The position numbers and the translations under genes were made by a program. From Candidatus Binatia bacterium (lineage in GTDB: Bacteria; Desulfobacterota; Binatia; Bin18), in the NCBI GenBank assembly GCA_963666315.2, contig CAXXHG010000041.1:1-64000 (forward strand): DNA of 64,000 nucleotides. Direction: 5' to 3'. Below, piece by piece: positions 29,944 to 40,408 of this stretch. Below the pieces are notes generated by a model. The model was not told the DNA's origin, ran no database searches, and saw only the letters and a program-made list of their open reading frames with translations. Each line of letters opens with the position of its first letter. Position 1 is the first letter of the stretch.

Positions 29944-30996
29944 ATGGATTTAGGGATTTTATTCATCGCCGATACCACCGTCCATCAACAGGCAACCCTC
30001 GCCCAGCAGGCTGAGAGCAGCGGATTCGCTTCGCTGTACATGGCCGAGGCCTACCGCAGCTGTTGGGTCCCGTTGACGGCTATGGCCGCCGCGACGAGTA
30101 CAATCCGGCTCGGCCCCTACATCCTCAATGCGTACGGCCACAGTCCATTGATGACGGGTATGGCGGCGGTCGACTTCAACGAATTTAGCGGCGGGCGCCT
30201 GTTACTCGGTATCGGCGCCGGGAATCGCCAGATCAATGAACAGTGGCATGGGGTCCCTCACGAGCGTGCGCTCACAAAGATGCGCGAATATGTGACCCTG
30301 CTGAAACTAATCGCACGCACACGCCGCGGTGAAACGCTTAAATATGCAGGCAAGATCCACCACATGGACTGGACCCCCACCGCCGATCCGGGCGACCAAC
30401 CGTTTCCGGTCTATCTCGCCGCAGTCTTCCCGCGCATGACGCGCATAGCAGCGCAGGTCGCGGACGGGATTGCTGGGGGCGGAACCTTATCTGCAGAGTA
30501 TTTGCGCGATGTGGTGAAGCCTCAGGCCGCCACCGCCGCCGCGGACGTTGACCGGGACCCGGCGACCATAGGCTGGAAGGCAGTGTCATTGATTGCAGTC
30601 AACCACGATCGTGAACGCGCCCGCCGCACCGCACGCGAAGCAATCTGTCATCTGTATGCGCCGCTGCCGCATCCCTATTACGAGTACACCATGCGTGAAC
30701 AGGGATTCGGTGAGGCAGCCGACGCACTGTTAAAACTCATGCCGGCGGGCAAACTGGAGGCGGCTGTGGACGCTATCCCAGACGAGTGTGTCGACCGACT
30801 GACGATCGCGGGGACGCTTGAGGACTGCCGGGAACGGATTGCTTCTTACGAGGGAGTGGTGGATGAACTCATACTCGCTAATGTGGCACCTGCAGCCGAC
30901 GGTGACATGATGCGCGTCTATGCGCCACTGATGCAACTCGCCGGAGCGGCCTCTTTGGCGTCGGCGCCGCGCCCAGGGAACGGAACAAGCCCTTGA
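29944..30996 (+). CDS. LLM class flavin/F420-dependent oxidoreductase
   Basis: Motifs GFASLYMAE, AAATSTIRLG and SGGRLLLGIGAG. Confidence 0.9.
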   Translation: MDLGILFIADTTVHQQATLAQQAESSGFASLYMAEAYRSCWVPLTAMAAATSTIRLGPYILNAYGHSPLMTGMAAVDFNEFSGGRLLLGIGAGNRQINEQWHGVPHERALTKMREYVTLLKLIARTRRGETLKYAGKIHHMDWTPTADPGDQPFPVYLAAVFPRMTRIAAQVADGIAGGGTLSAEYLRDVVKPQAATAAADVDRDPATIGWKAVSLIAVNHDRERARRTAREAICHLYAPLPHPYYEYTMREQGFGEAADALLKLMPAGKLEAAVDAIPDECVDRLTIAGTLEDCRERIASYEGVVDELILANVAPAADGDMMRVYAPLMQLAGAASLASAPRPGNGTSP

Positions 30997-31185
30997 GTTT
31001 CTTTGCGGGCGGAAGATGCGTGCAGAACAGAAAAGCCCACGAGCCGAATTCGCTCGTGCTCGCACAAACGATCTTCGATGATCTTTGATGATCTTTATTG
31101 ACACTCCGGAATTGACTTGGACACTACTCGTTAAAAAAGGAATGCCTGGTAGGATGCTCCCATTCGTTCCAGAAAGGAGCTGTGT

Positions 31186-32347
31186 ATGCAAAACGGCAAT
31201 GGCGCAATCACCACAGGGGCAATCGACGCGGATGGCCATGTTTTAGAGCCACCTGATTTATGGGAAACCTATTTAGAGCCCAAATATCGCGACCGGGCCC
31301 TACGGATTCGCACCAATAGGGATGCTGGAAATCCTTGAAATCGACGGCAAGCAATCCTGGACCGGTTATCCCGGTTTTCCCGGTCAGCTCGGTGGGATGG
31401 GCAAGGAGGACATCGATCCCCGGCCCGACCGAACATACTTGCGTGGCGCGCCGGCGGGTTCAATGGACCCCAAAGAACGGGTCGCCAGGTTAGATGAAGA
31501 AGGTTTGGCCAAGGCGATCTTATATCCTACTCTGGGACTCTTCTTGGGTGAGATTAAAGATCCCGAACTGGCCACGGCCCACTGTCGCGCCTACAACCGC
31601 TGGATCCTTGATTTCTGCTCAGAGTCTGGTGGACGGCTAATCCCTATCGCCCAAGTCACACTGGACGACGATCCGCATAACGCGGCTGCGGAGTGAGAAC
31701 GAGCAGTGAAAGACGGGGCCAAAGGAGGATTCTTTTTACCCTTTACTTGGAAAAAGCAGTCGCCCGGCCACCCACACTTCGATCCGTTGTGGGCGAAGGC
31801 CGAAGAACTCGGCGTTCCATTAGGCATCCATCCCACAGCCGATCCACCTGAACTCGATGTACATAAGAGGTTTTCCGAACTCGCGCAAGGTGATCAGTTC
31901 GACTTCACCTGGTATATGGACGTGCTCGTTTCCCAGGGCATGGTTCAGTCGTTTGTATCGCTCTTTCACTATGGCCTGTTCGATCGTTTTCCTCAGGTTA
32001 AATTGGTCGTGCTGGAATCCCAAGCAGGTTGGACCGGCCATATTTTGGACCGGATGGATGCCGTCTGGCGTAGCCCCTTAGGCAAAACCACCCGCATGAA
32101 GGAATCGCCCAAAACGTATTTTAATCGCCAGTGCTGGGTTTCTGCCGATCCGGATGAGCAGATGGCCTCGGCGGTGATTAACGCGGTGGGGAGCGATCGT
32201 TTCTTCTGGGCGTCGGATTTTCCGCATCCGGATCATATCAGCCATTACATGCAAGCCTTAGGCGATATGATCGCTCCGCTGTCGGAAGAATCACAACACC
32301 AGATTCTGTGGGAGAATGTGAGTAAGGCGTATAATTTGGGCGAGTAA
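31186..32347 (+). pseudogene. amidohydrolase with a frameshift (~31320) and a nonsense TGA (31694-31696)
   Basis: IDADGHVLEPPDLW at the start, WASDFPHPD near the end; AAAE*ERAVKDG. Confidence 0.8.
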
Positions 32348-32397
32348 AAAATGTACGCAGAAACACCTTACGGCGTAGAGCGCGCAGACGATCCAGA

Positions 32398-32450
32398 CCA
32401 GCAGCGCTGGTCGATGTAGCCACCGTTATTGCGGCATTTATGCAGATGGA
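32398..32450 (+). repeat. remnant of a third AhpD-related selenoprotein paralog
   Basis: cagcagcgctggtcgatg...gttattgcggcatttatgcagatgga matches ~29691-29743. Confidence 0.7.
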
Positions 32451-32463
32451 AAGGAGGCAAGCC

Positions 32464-32620
32464 ATGGAATCCCAAGCCATCTCAGCTGACTTTCCGTATG
32501 CGGCCCACTTCGTGGACGTGCACGGCTCACAGATACACTACGTCGAAGCGGGAGCGGGAGATCCCATCTTATTTCTGCACGGCAATCCCATCTCGCCGTA
32601 GTGGTATTGCGACAAACCAA
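32464..32620 (+). pseudogene. haloalkane dehalogenase (DhaA-like) N-terminal fragment
   Basis: AGGAGG RBS, then MESQAISADFPY...IHYVEAGAGDPILFLHGNP followed by TAG. Confidence 0.7.
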
Positions 32621-32652
32621 AAAGATTGAGAATTAGGGATTGGGGATAGACG

Positions 32653-33868
32653 ATGCACGACAACGACCAAGCCATGCGCGATTTTGCAGCGACCCTAGCG
32701 GTACCGGAATTCGAAGACACCGCTTTCACCACACCGCCGGCGCTCCGGGAGGCGCGCGTGGCAATCGTGACGAGCGCCGCGCTCAGCAGCAGCGGCTGGA
32801 TCTCACAGTGGCAGGCCGAAAAGTGGGATTTCGCAGATTTCCACTTCGAGACTCTCCCGCACGACGTACGCGATCTGGAGCTCGGCCACGTGAGTCCGAA
32901 CTTTGATCGCGCTGGCTTTGCCGCCGACCTGAACGTCGTTTACCCAGTCGACCGTCTGCAGGAACTGGCTGACCAGGGCGTGATCGGCAGTGTCGCGGCC
33001 TCCCATTACTCGTTCGCCGGCAACCAACCCGAGGGGCTGTCCGCGCTGCGGCTGGATACCGGACCGGCCTGCGCCAAAAAGATGCTCGAGGACGGAGTCG
33101 ACGTCGTTCTGCTCACCCCCGTCTGACCCCTGTGCCCGCGTACCGGGTGTACGCTCGCCCACGTCTTCGAGGCTGCTGGCCTGTCAACGGTCATAATCGC
33201 GTCGATACGCGACGTCGCCGAACGCATGCACCCACCGCGGGCGCTGTATGTGGAGTACCCGTTGGGGCTGCCCCTCGGAAAGCCGCGCGACGCCATGTTT
33301 CAGCACCGCGTACTCGAAGCGGCCTTTGCGCTGTTGGAGCAGCCCACGGGACCGGTCCTCGTGGACTTTCCGGAGACGATCCAAAGCAAGGGCGGTGAGC
33401 CGTTGGCGTGCGCCCTCCCCCCCCCCCCGCTACGACCCGAACTTGCACCCGGCCATCGACGAAGCACAGGCGCTGCGCGGTGCATATAATCGAGCCGTGG
33501 CGAAAAATGGGCGGACCAGCGTGGGACGGGCGATCACTGCGGAACAGATTCCTGGAGCCATTGAGAAGTTTGTTCAAATCACCGACGGCCAAGCCTGGGA
33601 TCAGGTTGGGTTTAACGCCCCGCTGATGCAGGTGACGACTGATATCCGGGCGTACTACGAAGAGCTAGCTGTCGAGTTGGTGGACGGTGGTCCGATTGCG
33701 GCATGGGGCGCCGAGCGCTGGTTCTACGATAAGACCGAGGCGGGTAAGGTGTTGTTAGCGGCGCGCGAGGAGCTAAAGAAGGCCGGCGCACCGTTCCTGA
33801 TCTGGTGGCATATGGCGCCGGGGTCGCGCCAGTCCGGTATGGAGCAAATGAAGAATGTCTCGGTGTGA
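32653..33868 (+). CDS. GrdB/PrdB (selenoprotein B)-like selenoprotein, UxxC, Sec at residue 158; frameshift in a C12 run at 33417-33428
   Basis: DLNVVYPVDRLQEL...GVIG...DGVDVVLLTPV-U-PLCPRTGCTLAHVFEAAGLSTV...HPPRAL...PLGLPLG; TGA 33124-33126 is in frame with ORF 33226. Confidence 0.85.
33138..33154 (+). promoter_or_regulatory. SECIS-like hairpin
   Basis: Starts 11 nt after the UGA: GCGTAC-CGGGT-GTACGC. Confidence 0.78.
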
Positions 33869-34003
33869 TACCCGTTCAAGAAATCAGACGAGCCAGCGAT
33901 GCGCACCACTATAACGGCAACGAGGTCATCCTCAGGGGCGGAGTGGGGATAGATCATTCAAGCGAGTAATAAATAAACACAAGATCGAGAAGAAGGAGAA
34001 GAT

Positions 34004-34858
34004 ATGGCAGAAAACAGTACGTATACACCAGCGAAAGTTTGGCAGTGGAATAAAAAGAATGGCGGCCGGTTTGCCAACATCAACCGGCCCACGGCGGGCG
34101 CGACGCACGACAAAGAACTCCCGGTCGGCGAGCACGCCTTGCAGCTCTATTCTCTGGCCACGCCCAATGGCGTCAAGGTCACCGTCCTGCTGGAAGAGCT
34201 CCTCGAGCTCGGCATCAAAGAGGCCGAGTACGATGCCTACCTGATCGACATCGGCGAGGGGGATCAATTCGGCAGTGGCTTTGTGGCCATCAACCCCAAT
34301 TCCAAAATCCCCGCGCTCCTTGACCGTAGCACTACCCCACCCACCCGCGTCTTTGAGTCAGGTGCCATGCTCGTCTATCTGGCGGAAAAATTTGGCGCCT
34401 TCCTGCCGACCGAGCCTTCCGCTCGCGCGGAATGCATGTCGTGGTTGTTCTGGCAGATGGGCAGCGCGCCCTACCTCGGCGGCGGGTTTGGGCATTTTTA
34501 TGCCTACGCCCCGGAAAAGTTCGAGTACCCTATTGATCGCTATACGATGGAGGTGAAACGCCTATTAGATGTGTTGGACCGCCATCTCAGCGAACAGCAG
34601 TATTTGTGTGGTGACGACTATACGATCGCAGACATGGCCAACTACGCCTGGTATGGCATGTTAGTAGCACACAATGGCTATGAAGCCGCAGAGTTTCTTG
34701 ACGTCGGAACGTATACGCATGTGCTCCGGTGGGTGAAGGAGATTGAAGCCAGGCCTGCCGTACAACGAGGCCGACGCGTGAACAAGTCCTGGGGACCAGA
34801 GGAAGAGCAGCTCATCGAGCGACACAGCGCAAGCGATTTCGATGCGCCGACTGCCTAA
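34004..34858 (+). CDS. yghU: glutathione-dependent disulfide-bond oxidoreductase YghU
   Basis: Motifs YTPAKVWQW, INRPTAGATH, LYSLATPNGVKV and ERHSASDF. Confidence 0.92.
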   Translation: MAENSTYTPAKVWQWNKKNGGRFANINRPTAGATHDKELPVGEHALQLYSLATPNGVKVTVLLEELLELGIKEAEYDAYLIDIGEGDQFGSGFVAINPNSKIPALLDRSTTPPTRVFESGAMLVYLAEKFGAFLPTEPSARAECMSWLFWQMGSAPYLGGGFGHFYAYAPEKFEYPIDRYTMEVKRLLDVLDRHLSEQQYLCGDDYTIADMANYAWYGMLVAHNGYEAAEFLDVGTYTHVLRWVKEIEARPAVQRGRRVNKSWGPEEEQLIERHSASDFDAPTA

Positions 34859-34879
34859 GAATTGGAAGGAAACAGTCAT

Positions 34880-35365
34880 ATGGCAGAAGAAAAAGCAGAG
34901 CTGGGTTGGGCAGATCTAATGAAAATGGTCGCAGAAGTCGGTTCCGACAACGGCCCAGGCTCAAAAGCATGGAAGGCGGAAGGGTCGGAGACCAAGCGCG
35001 ACAACAACGGCAAAGTACCCGGCGAACTCGCAGATATGCCGGCATTGATCATCACCACTACCGGCTCGAAGACGGGCGAAAAGCGCGCCGTGCCTTTGGG
35101 CTATCAGCTCGTGGACGGTCGGCTTCTGGTTATCGCGTCGATGGCCGGCGCAGAGAGAAACCCGCCGTGGTTCAACAATCTGGTTAAAACCTCTGAGGTC
35201 TTAGTTGAAAAAGATGGTGAAAGCTTTTCAGCCAATGCTGTCGTGACACAAGGCGACGATAGGAACTATTTGTTCCAGAAAATCTGCGCGAGCGAGCCCA
35301 CGTTTGCGGCATATGAAGCGCGCACAGATCGCGTCATTCCAGTCGTAGAGTTGCGGCGCAAATAG
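34880..35365 (+). CDS. deazaflavin (F420)-dependent nitroreductase family (Ddn-like)
   Basis: Motifs TTTGSKTGEKR, ASMAGAERNPPWFNNL and RVIPVVEL. Confidence 0.88.
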   Translation: MAEEKAELGWADLMKMVAEVGSDNGPGSKAWKAEGSETKRDNNGKVPGELADMPALIITTTGSKTGEKRAVPLGYQLVDGRLLVIASMAGAERNPPWFNNLVKTSEVLVEKDGESFSANAVVTQGDDRNYLFQKICASEPTFAAYEARTDRVIPVVELRRK

Positions 35366-35421
35366 CAAGAAGTCTGTCCGATCGCAGTAAAGTGTACATT
35401 GTATTGCCACTGTTCCCCCCC

Positions 35422-35522
35422 CCTTCGACCCTGCTCAGGGCAGGCTTCGACAGGCTCAGGGCGAATGGGAAGAGCGGCGCTGGCCCAGGCCCGTTCGTGC
35501 TGAGCTCGTCGAAGCATGAACG
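35422..35522. repeat. REP-like cluster preceded by the 24-nt unit
   Basis: ccttcgaccctgctcagggcaggc ttcgacaggctcagggcgaatgg ... ccgttcgtgctgagctcgtcgaagcatgaacg. Confidence 0.75.
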
Positions 35523-35576
35523 CGTACTGGTGTTCAATGAGGAAGCCAGCCCGTTTGTTAAGAGGGAGGGGCGGGC

Positions 35577-36044
35577 ATGGAACGAATGACTCCTGAAGAA
35601 TGTCGAAGTTTCCTGCGCAGTCCGGTGCGGACCGGAAAGCTGGCCACCGTGCGGAAGGATGGCCGGCCCCTTATCGTGCCCGTGTGGTATGACCTTGAGG
35701 AGGAGACGCTCGTCTTTATGACTGGGCGGGACTCGGCCAAGGCAAGGAATATGCGCCGCGATCCCCGTGTCAGTGTGTGCGTAGATGATGAGGTGACACC
35801 ATTCGCGTATGTCGAACTCGCGGGCACAGTCGTCCTGTCCAACGATGCAGACCAAATGCGCTATTGGGCAACGCGGATTGGCGGGCGCTATATGGGGCAG
35901 GAGTTAGCCGAGACCTACGGGAAAATAAACAGCGGTGCAGGAGAACTGATCGTGCACGTCACGCCGACGCATCTGCATGGCTATAAAGATCTGACAGGTC
36001 GGTACCCACAGCCAGCGCAGCTGCAAGGGAGGGATGTCGTGTGA
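35577..36044 (+). CDS. PPOX class F420-dependent oxidoreductase
   Basis: Motifs LATVRKDGRP...PVW and KARNMRRDPRVS. Confidence 0.9.
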   Translation: MERMTPEECRSFLRSPVRTGKLATVRKDGRPLIVPVWYDLEEETLVFMTGRDSAKARNMRRDPRVSVCVDDEVTPFAYVELAGTVVLSNDADQMRYWATRIGGRYMGQELAETYGKINSGAGELIVHVTPTHLHGYKDLTGRYPQPAQLQGRDVV

Positions 36045-36049
36045 CTCAC

Positions 36050-39000
36050 TCACGGACATTGCGACTCGGCGCGTTCTTCTTCCCGCTTGCCCTGTTGCTG
36101 CCACAGTCGTGCGAGACTCGTTGCAGCGCGCAGTTCCCACGATTTGGCGGCTTGCCTCTGCGCAATGGCTATCGCCTGCAGAAAGCAGGCTTCAGTCTCG
36201 GCGGCGTTGGAGTGTGACTGCTTGAGCAACAGCTCTCCCTTGAGGCGATACAGCTCTGCCTCATAGTAACGCTCCTCAGTGCTCTCGACAAAAGCCAACC
36301 CCTCGACCACCGCTCCGAGCCCTTCCTCAACCTGCCTGTCTTGCCCGTAGGCCTCGGCCAATAAGGCAAGAAAATGCGGCCGCAAGAACTCTGCCCCGAT
36401 AGCCCGCCAGGCAGCCAGATTCTCGTGGATCTGCTTGAGGCCTTCCGCTGGGTGTCCTTGCTCGGCCAGCGCCCAGCCCCGGAAGATCGTGCCTTCTCCC
36501 AAGAAGAACGGAAACCCCCGCTCGGTGGACAGCGCGATGACCTCCTCCGTCCGGCCCTGGGCAGCCTGCGCCTCCCGGCGCAACTGATGGAGCCGGACAG
36601 CAAAGGTCAAGGCAAACGCGAGACTAAAGGGGGGAGACAGGTCATGGGCCAGACGCTGGGCCTCGTGGCTTGTCTTTAGGGCCTGGTCCGGATAGCCCAG
36701 AAGCCATAAGACCTCGGTCCTATAGGTGAGACACGCGACCCCAGGGTCAAACGACCCATAGCTGAACGCCAAAGAGTGGTGCTGCTGCGCGTCGTAGAGT
36801 GGACTCCCGTGCTCCAGGTGGGGGCGGGCCGGGGCCAGTTCTCCCAGGTGGGCCAAAGAGAGTCCTACCGCATAATGAGCCTCTACGAGAAGAGCGGAGT
36901 CGGACCCGGTTTGAGCCAAGTGCAGCAGTTGCTCGGCCAGTTCGTGCGCCTCCTTGTGCTCCGCCCGGACGAGATAAAACGCCCACAGCCCCCACAGCAC
37001 CGGGAAAAGTTCAGGCGTGTCCCCCACTTGTTCACACAGCTCCCGGGCCCTCAGGTAGATACTCCCCACTTCTGGGGCCGCGTAACTCTGGGTGGCCGTG
37101 AGCGACGGGCCCAAGGCCACGTGCAGCGCGAGTTCGTGCTGCCAGCGCGCTGGACTGTCCGGCTGGGTCTGGAGCAGCTCGAGGGCCGTGGTGAAGTGTC
37201 TAATCGCTTCGTCATTCGCCGCCCGCTGCACGGCCTGGTGACCGGCTAATTCGAGATACTCGACGGCCTTCTCCGTGTTCCCACTGCGGCTATAGTGATG
37301 CGCCAGTTCACTGTAGTGATCGACCACACTCGTTCGATACAACCCCTCCATCGCCTGGCCCGTCCGCTCATGCAAGGTCTTGCGCTGCTCCTGCAGCACG
37401 GTGCCATACGCCACATCTTGGGTCAGCGCATGCTTGAAGAGATATTCCGATTCGGGGAAGGCGGGTTGTTCATACAGAAACTCTTTCGCTTGCAGAGACG
37501 CTAAGATCTGATGCAGCTCGTCCTCCGTTTGCGGCACCACCGCGTGTACCAGGCTCACGGGAAACTGCCGACCTATCACCGAGAGCTGTTGCAGCAACTC
37601 TTTTTCCGCTGCCGTCAGCCGGTCAATCCGGGCAGCCAATACGCCTTGAACAGTGGGAGAGATATGAAACTCAGTTGGCGCCGTCTCCAACCGATAATGA
37701 CCTGGCTCACCGCTGAGAGCCCCGTCTTCCGCCAACGTCTGCACCACCTCTTCCATGAAGAATGGCGTCCCTTCCGTCTTCTCTAAGATGAGCGGCTTGA
37801 GCGGCGCCAGACTGGCATCGTTTCCAAGTAAGAAGGAGAGCAGCTCTTCCGCCTCTTCTTTTCCCAGGGGCGTCAGGCGCAGCTGGGTGTAATACGTCTT
37901 CCCACCCCACTCATGTCGATACTCAGGCCGGTAGTTTGTGAGCAGTAAGAGCTGGGCTGAGGCAATATTTTCACTCAGCGTATTCAGGGCGCCCTCTGTC
38001 TCAGTGTCGAGCCAATGCAAGTCCTCACAGATGAGAATAAGCGGCTGGTTAAGGCTCTCGCGCAAAAACAGTTTCTTGAGCGCTTCAAACGTGCGCTGGC
38101 GCCGAATCTGGGCATCCATTTGCTGCAGGCTCAACTGTTCATCTTCAATGCCAAGCAGAGAAAAGAGATACGGTAGGGTCTCTTCGAGACTGCGGTCTAA
38201 GCCTAGGACCTTCCCAATGAGGCGTTCGCGCCGACTCCGTGCATCGTCCTGAGGCTCGATCTGACAATAATTTTTAAGCAGTTCAATGAGTGGGAGATAG
38301 GGCGATGATTTGCCGTGCGAGACGGCAAACGCTTCCAGCACCAGACAGCCACTTGGTGACGTGAGCTTGAACTCGTGGAACAGTCGAGACTTGCCTAGCC
38401 CCGGCTCACCCATCACCCCGACGATTTGCCCGTGGCCCGCTTTCGGCTGCGCGAGTGCCTGCTGGATCTGGTCCATCTCGGTATGGCGCCCTACAAAGCG
38501 GCTGAGTCCGCGCCGCGCGGACTCAGCCGCGTCCTCAACGGACCCGCGCCGATGACCTCGTATACGTTGAGCGGTTCTTCGACGCCTTTGATTTCAGCAG
38601 CACCGAGCGCCTTCAGGTCAAAATACCCCTCCGTTAACTTCCGGGTGTATTCGCTGATCACAATCGACCCGGGGTTGGCCATCTGTTCCATGCGAGCGGC
38701 GAGGTTTGTTGAGTGGCCCACGGGCACGTAGTCGGTATGCAAGTCGTCTTTGCGAATGGACCGCACCACGACTTCCCCCGTGTTGATGCCTACTCGCATG
38801 TGGAGGGGAACACCGTGTTTGAGGCGGACTTGATCGCTATACCCCCGCATCTCTTCCTGCATCCGCCAACGCCGCATACAATGCCCGTTGCGGATGATCC
38901 TCATGCGCTATCGGCGCCCCAAACAACGAAAAGATGCCGTCCCCCAACGCCTGCGCCACGTAGCCGTCATACCGATGCACGGCGTCCATCATGAGTTGCA

Positions 39001-39424
39001 GTGCAGGGTCAATGATGGCTCGTGCGTCTTCGGGGTCTAAGCCTTCGATAAGAGCAGTGGAGCCTTTGAGGTCGGCAAACAACGCCGTGATTGTTTTGCG
39101 CTCACCGTCTGCTGCGCCACGGGATTCCATGGCCGCTTGTTCGGCGCGGATACGCTCGGCCAGGTGGTGTCGCGTGTACGTTGAGGGGGATTGGGGTTGC
39201 GGCTCGGGTCTGGACGATACTGGGGCTGGCTCCCCGTTACCAGTCCAAACGAGGATTTCTCCGCCTTCGTCCGTGGCTACCCGCTCCGCTTTGATCAGCT
39301 CATCCTTCAAGACGTCCAGGCGTTCGTCGTCCAAGTCAAATTCTAACTTGAGCGCGCGATACGTTACCCGCCCCTTCCCCTGGAGCAGTTCCTTCGCTTC
39401 TTTGACGATCTCCGAAAATCTCAC
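36050..39424 (-). pseudogene. cyclase / STAND ATPase / TPR protein, copy 4, disrupted
   Basis: Frameshifts at ~38870 and ~38520; the C-terminal FTEGFDT tail is missing. Confidence 0.85.
38498..38530. repeat. perfect 15-bp inverted repeat at a frameshift site
   Basis: GCGGCTGAGTCCGCG-CCG-CGCGGACTCAGCCGC. Confidence 0.85.
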
Positions 39425-39628
39425 AGACGGGACTCCCCTTACAGACAGACTGAGCCGATAAGAGCAGGAAATGGGCGAGAGGAGAACTCGACGCGCGGTG
39501 TCTCGATTCTGTTGACCTTGACCCTTCGCCACGCCATACTCAGTTCTATACGCAGCCTTGCGGCCCGTCGTCTTTTAAACGGTATGCGCGTTTGGAGTAG
39601 ATAATCGTCCGGTTATGAGAGGAGAACG

Positions 39629-40399
39629 ATGACCATGAAACCTGTGTGTTTAGTGATTGGTGCGGGTGCGGGCATTGGAGGACATGTTGGAAAACGCTTT
39701 GCGCGTGAAGGCTACCATGCCTGCCTGTGCCGCCGGACTGATACAGATGGACTCGACACCATCGTGAAAGACATAGAGACCGCAGGCGGTTCAGCAACCG
39801 GTTTCATGCTGAATGCGATCGAAGAGAACAGCATCGAGGATCTCGTTACCACCATCGAGTCCGATATTGGACCGATCGAAGTCGCCGTGTACAACCTGGG
39901 CGCGCAGATTGGCGATCGCGCACTGAAGGAGACGAGTTATAAGGCGTTTGAGGGGGGGTGGCGAATGGCTACCTTTGGCCTGTTTCGACTGGCTTCGACT
40001 CTGTGTCCACGCATGGAAGAGCGCGGTCAGGGAACGCTCCTGGTCACCTCTGCGACCGCAGCCGTCCGGGGCAATGCGGGCCAACACTCTCACGCGGCGG
40101 CCATGGGTGGGCGACGCTTATTATGCCAATCGCTCAACGCCGAGTTTGGGCCAAAGGGGATCCACGTCGCACACATACTTGTCGATGGGTCCGTGGATGC
40201 ACCGGATACGCTCGGCAAGATGCTTGGCCCGGAGAAGTTTCAGGCATTGCGAGAGAGCAAAGGCTTGACGCACGATGGACTCATCCTGCCGGCTGAGATT
40301 GCGAACACCTATTTCCATCTTGCTCAGCAGCATCGCTCAACCTGGACGCACGAAATCGATGTGCGCGCCTATTCTGATCGCCCCTGGTGGAATCATTAA
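39629..40399 (+). CDS. atypical SDR family oxidoreductase
   Basis: Motifs IGAGAGIG, YNLGAQ, TSATAAVRG and QHRSTWTHE. Confidence 0.88.
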   Translation: MTMKPVCLVIGAGAGIGGHVGKRFAREGYHACLCRRTDTDGLDTIVKDIETAGGSATGFMLNAIEENSIEDLVTTIESDIGPIEVAVYNLGAQIGDRALKETSYKAFEGGWRMATFGLFRLASTLCPRMEERGQGTLLVTSATAAVRGNAGQHSHAAAMGGRRLLCQSLNAEFGPKGIHVAHILVDGSVDAPDTLGKMLGPEKFQALRESKGLTHDGLILPAEIANTYFHLAQQHRSTWTHEIDVRAYSDRPWWNH

Positions 40400-40408
40400 A
40401 TCGCAAGA

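Noticed and set aside
31694-31696. In-frame TGA in the amidohydrolase as a possible seventh Sec codon
   Set aside because: The position corresponds to a helix residue (AAAE-x-ERAV, normally Leu), no hairpin follows, and the gene is also frameshifted; a nonsense mutation is more likely
1967-39424. Diversity-generating retroelement acting on the TPR paralogs
   Set aside because: No reverse transcriptase and no template/variable repeat pair with adenine-specific differences were seen
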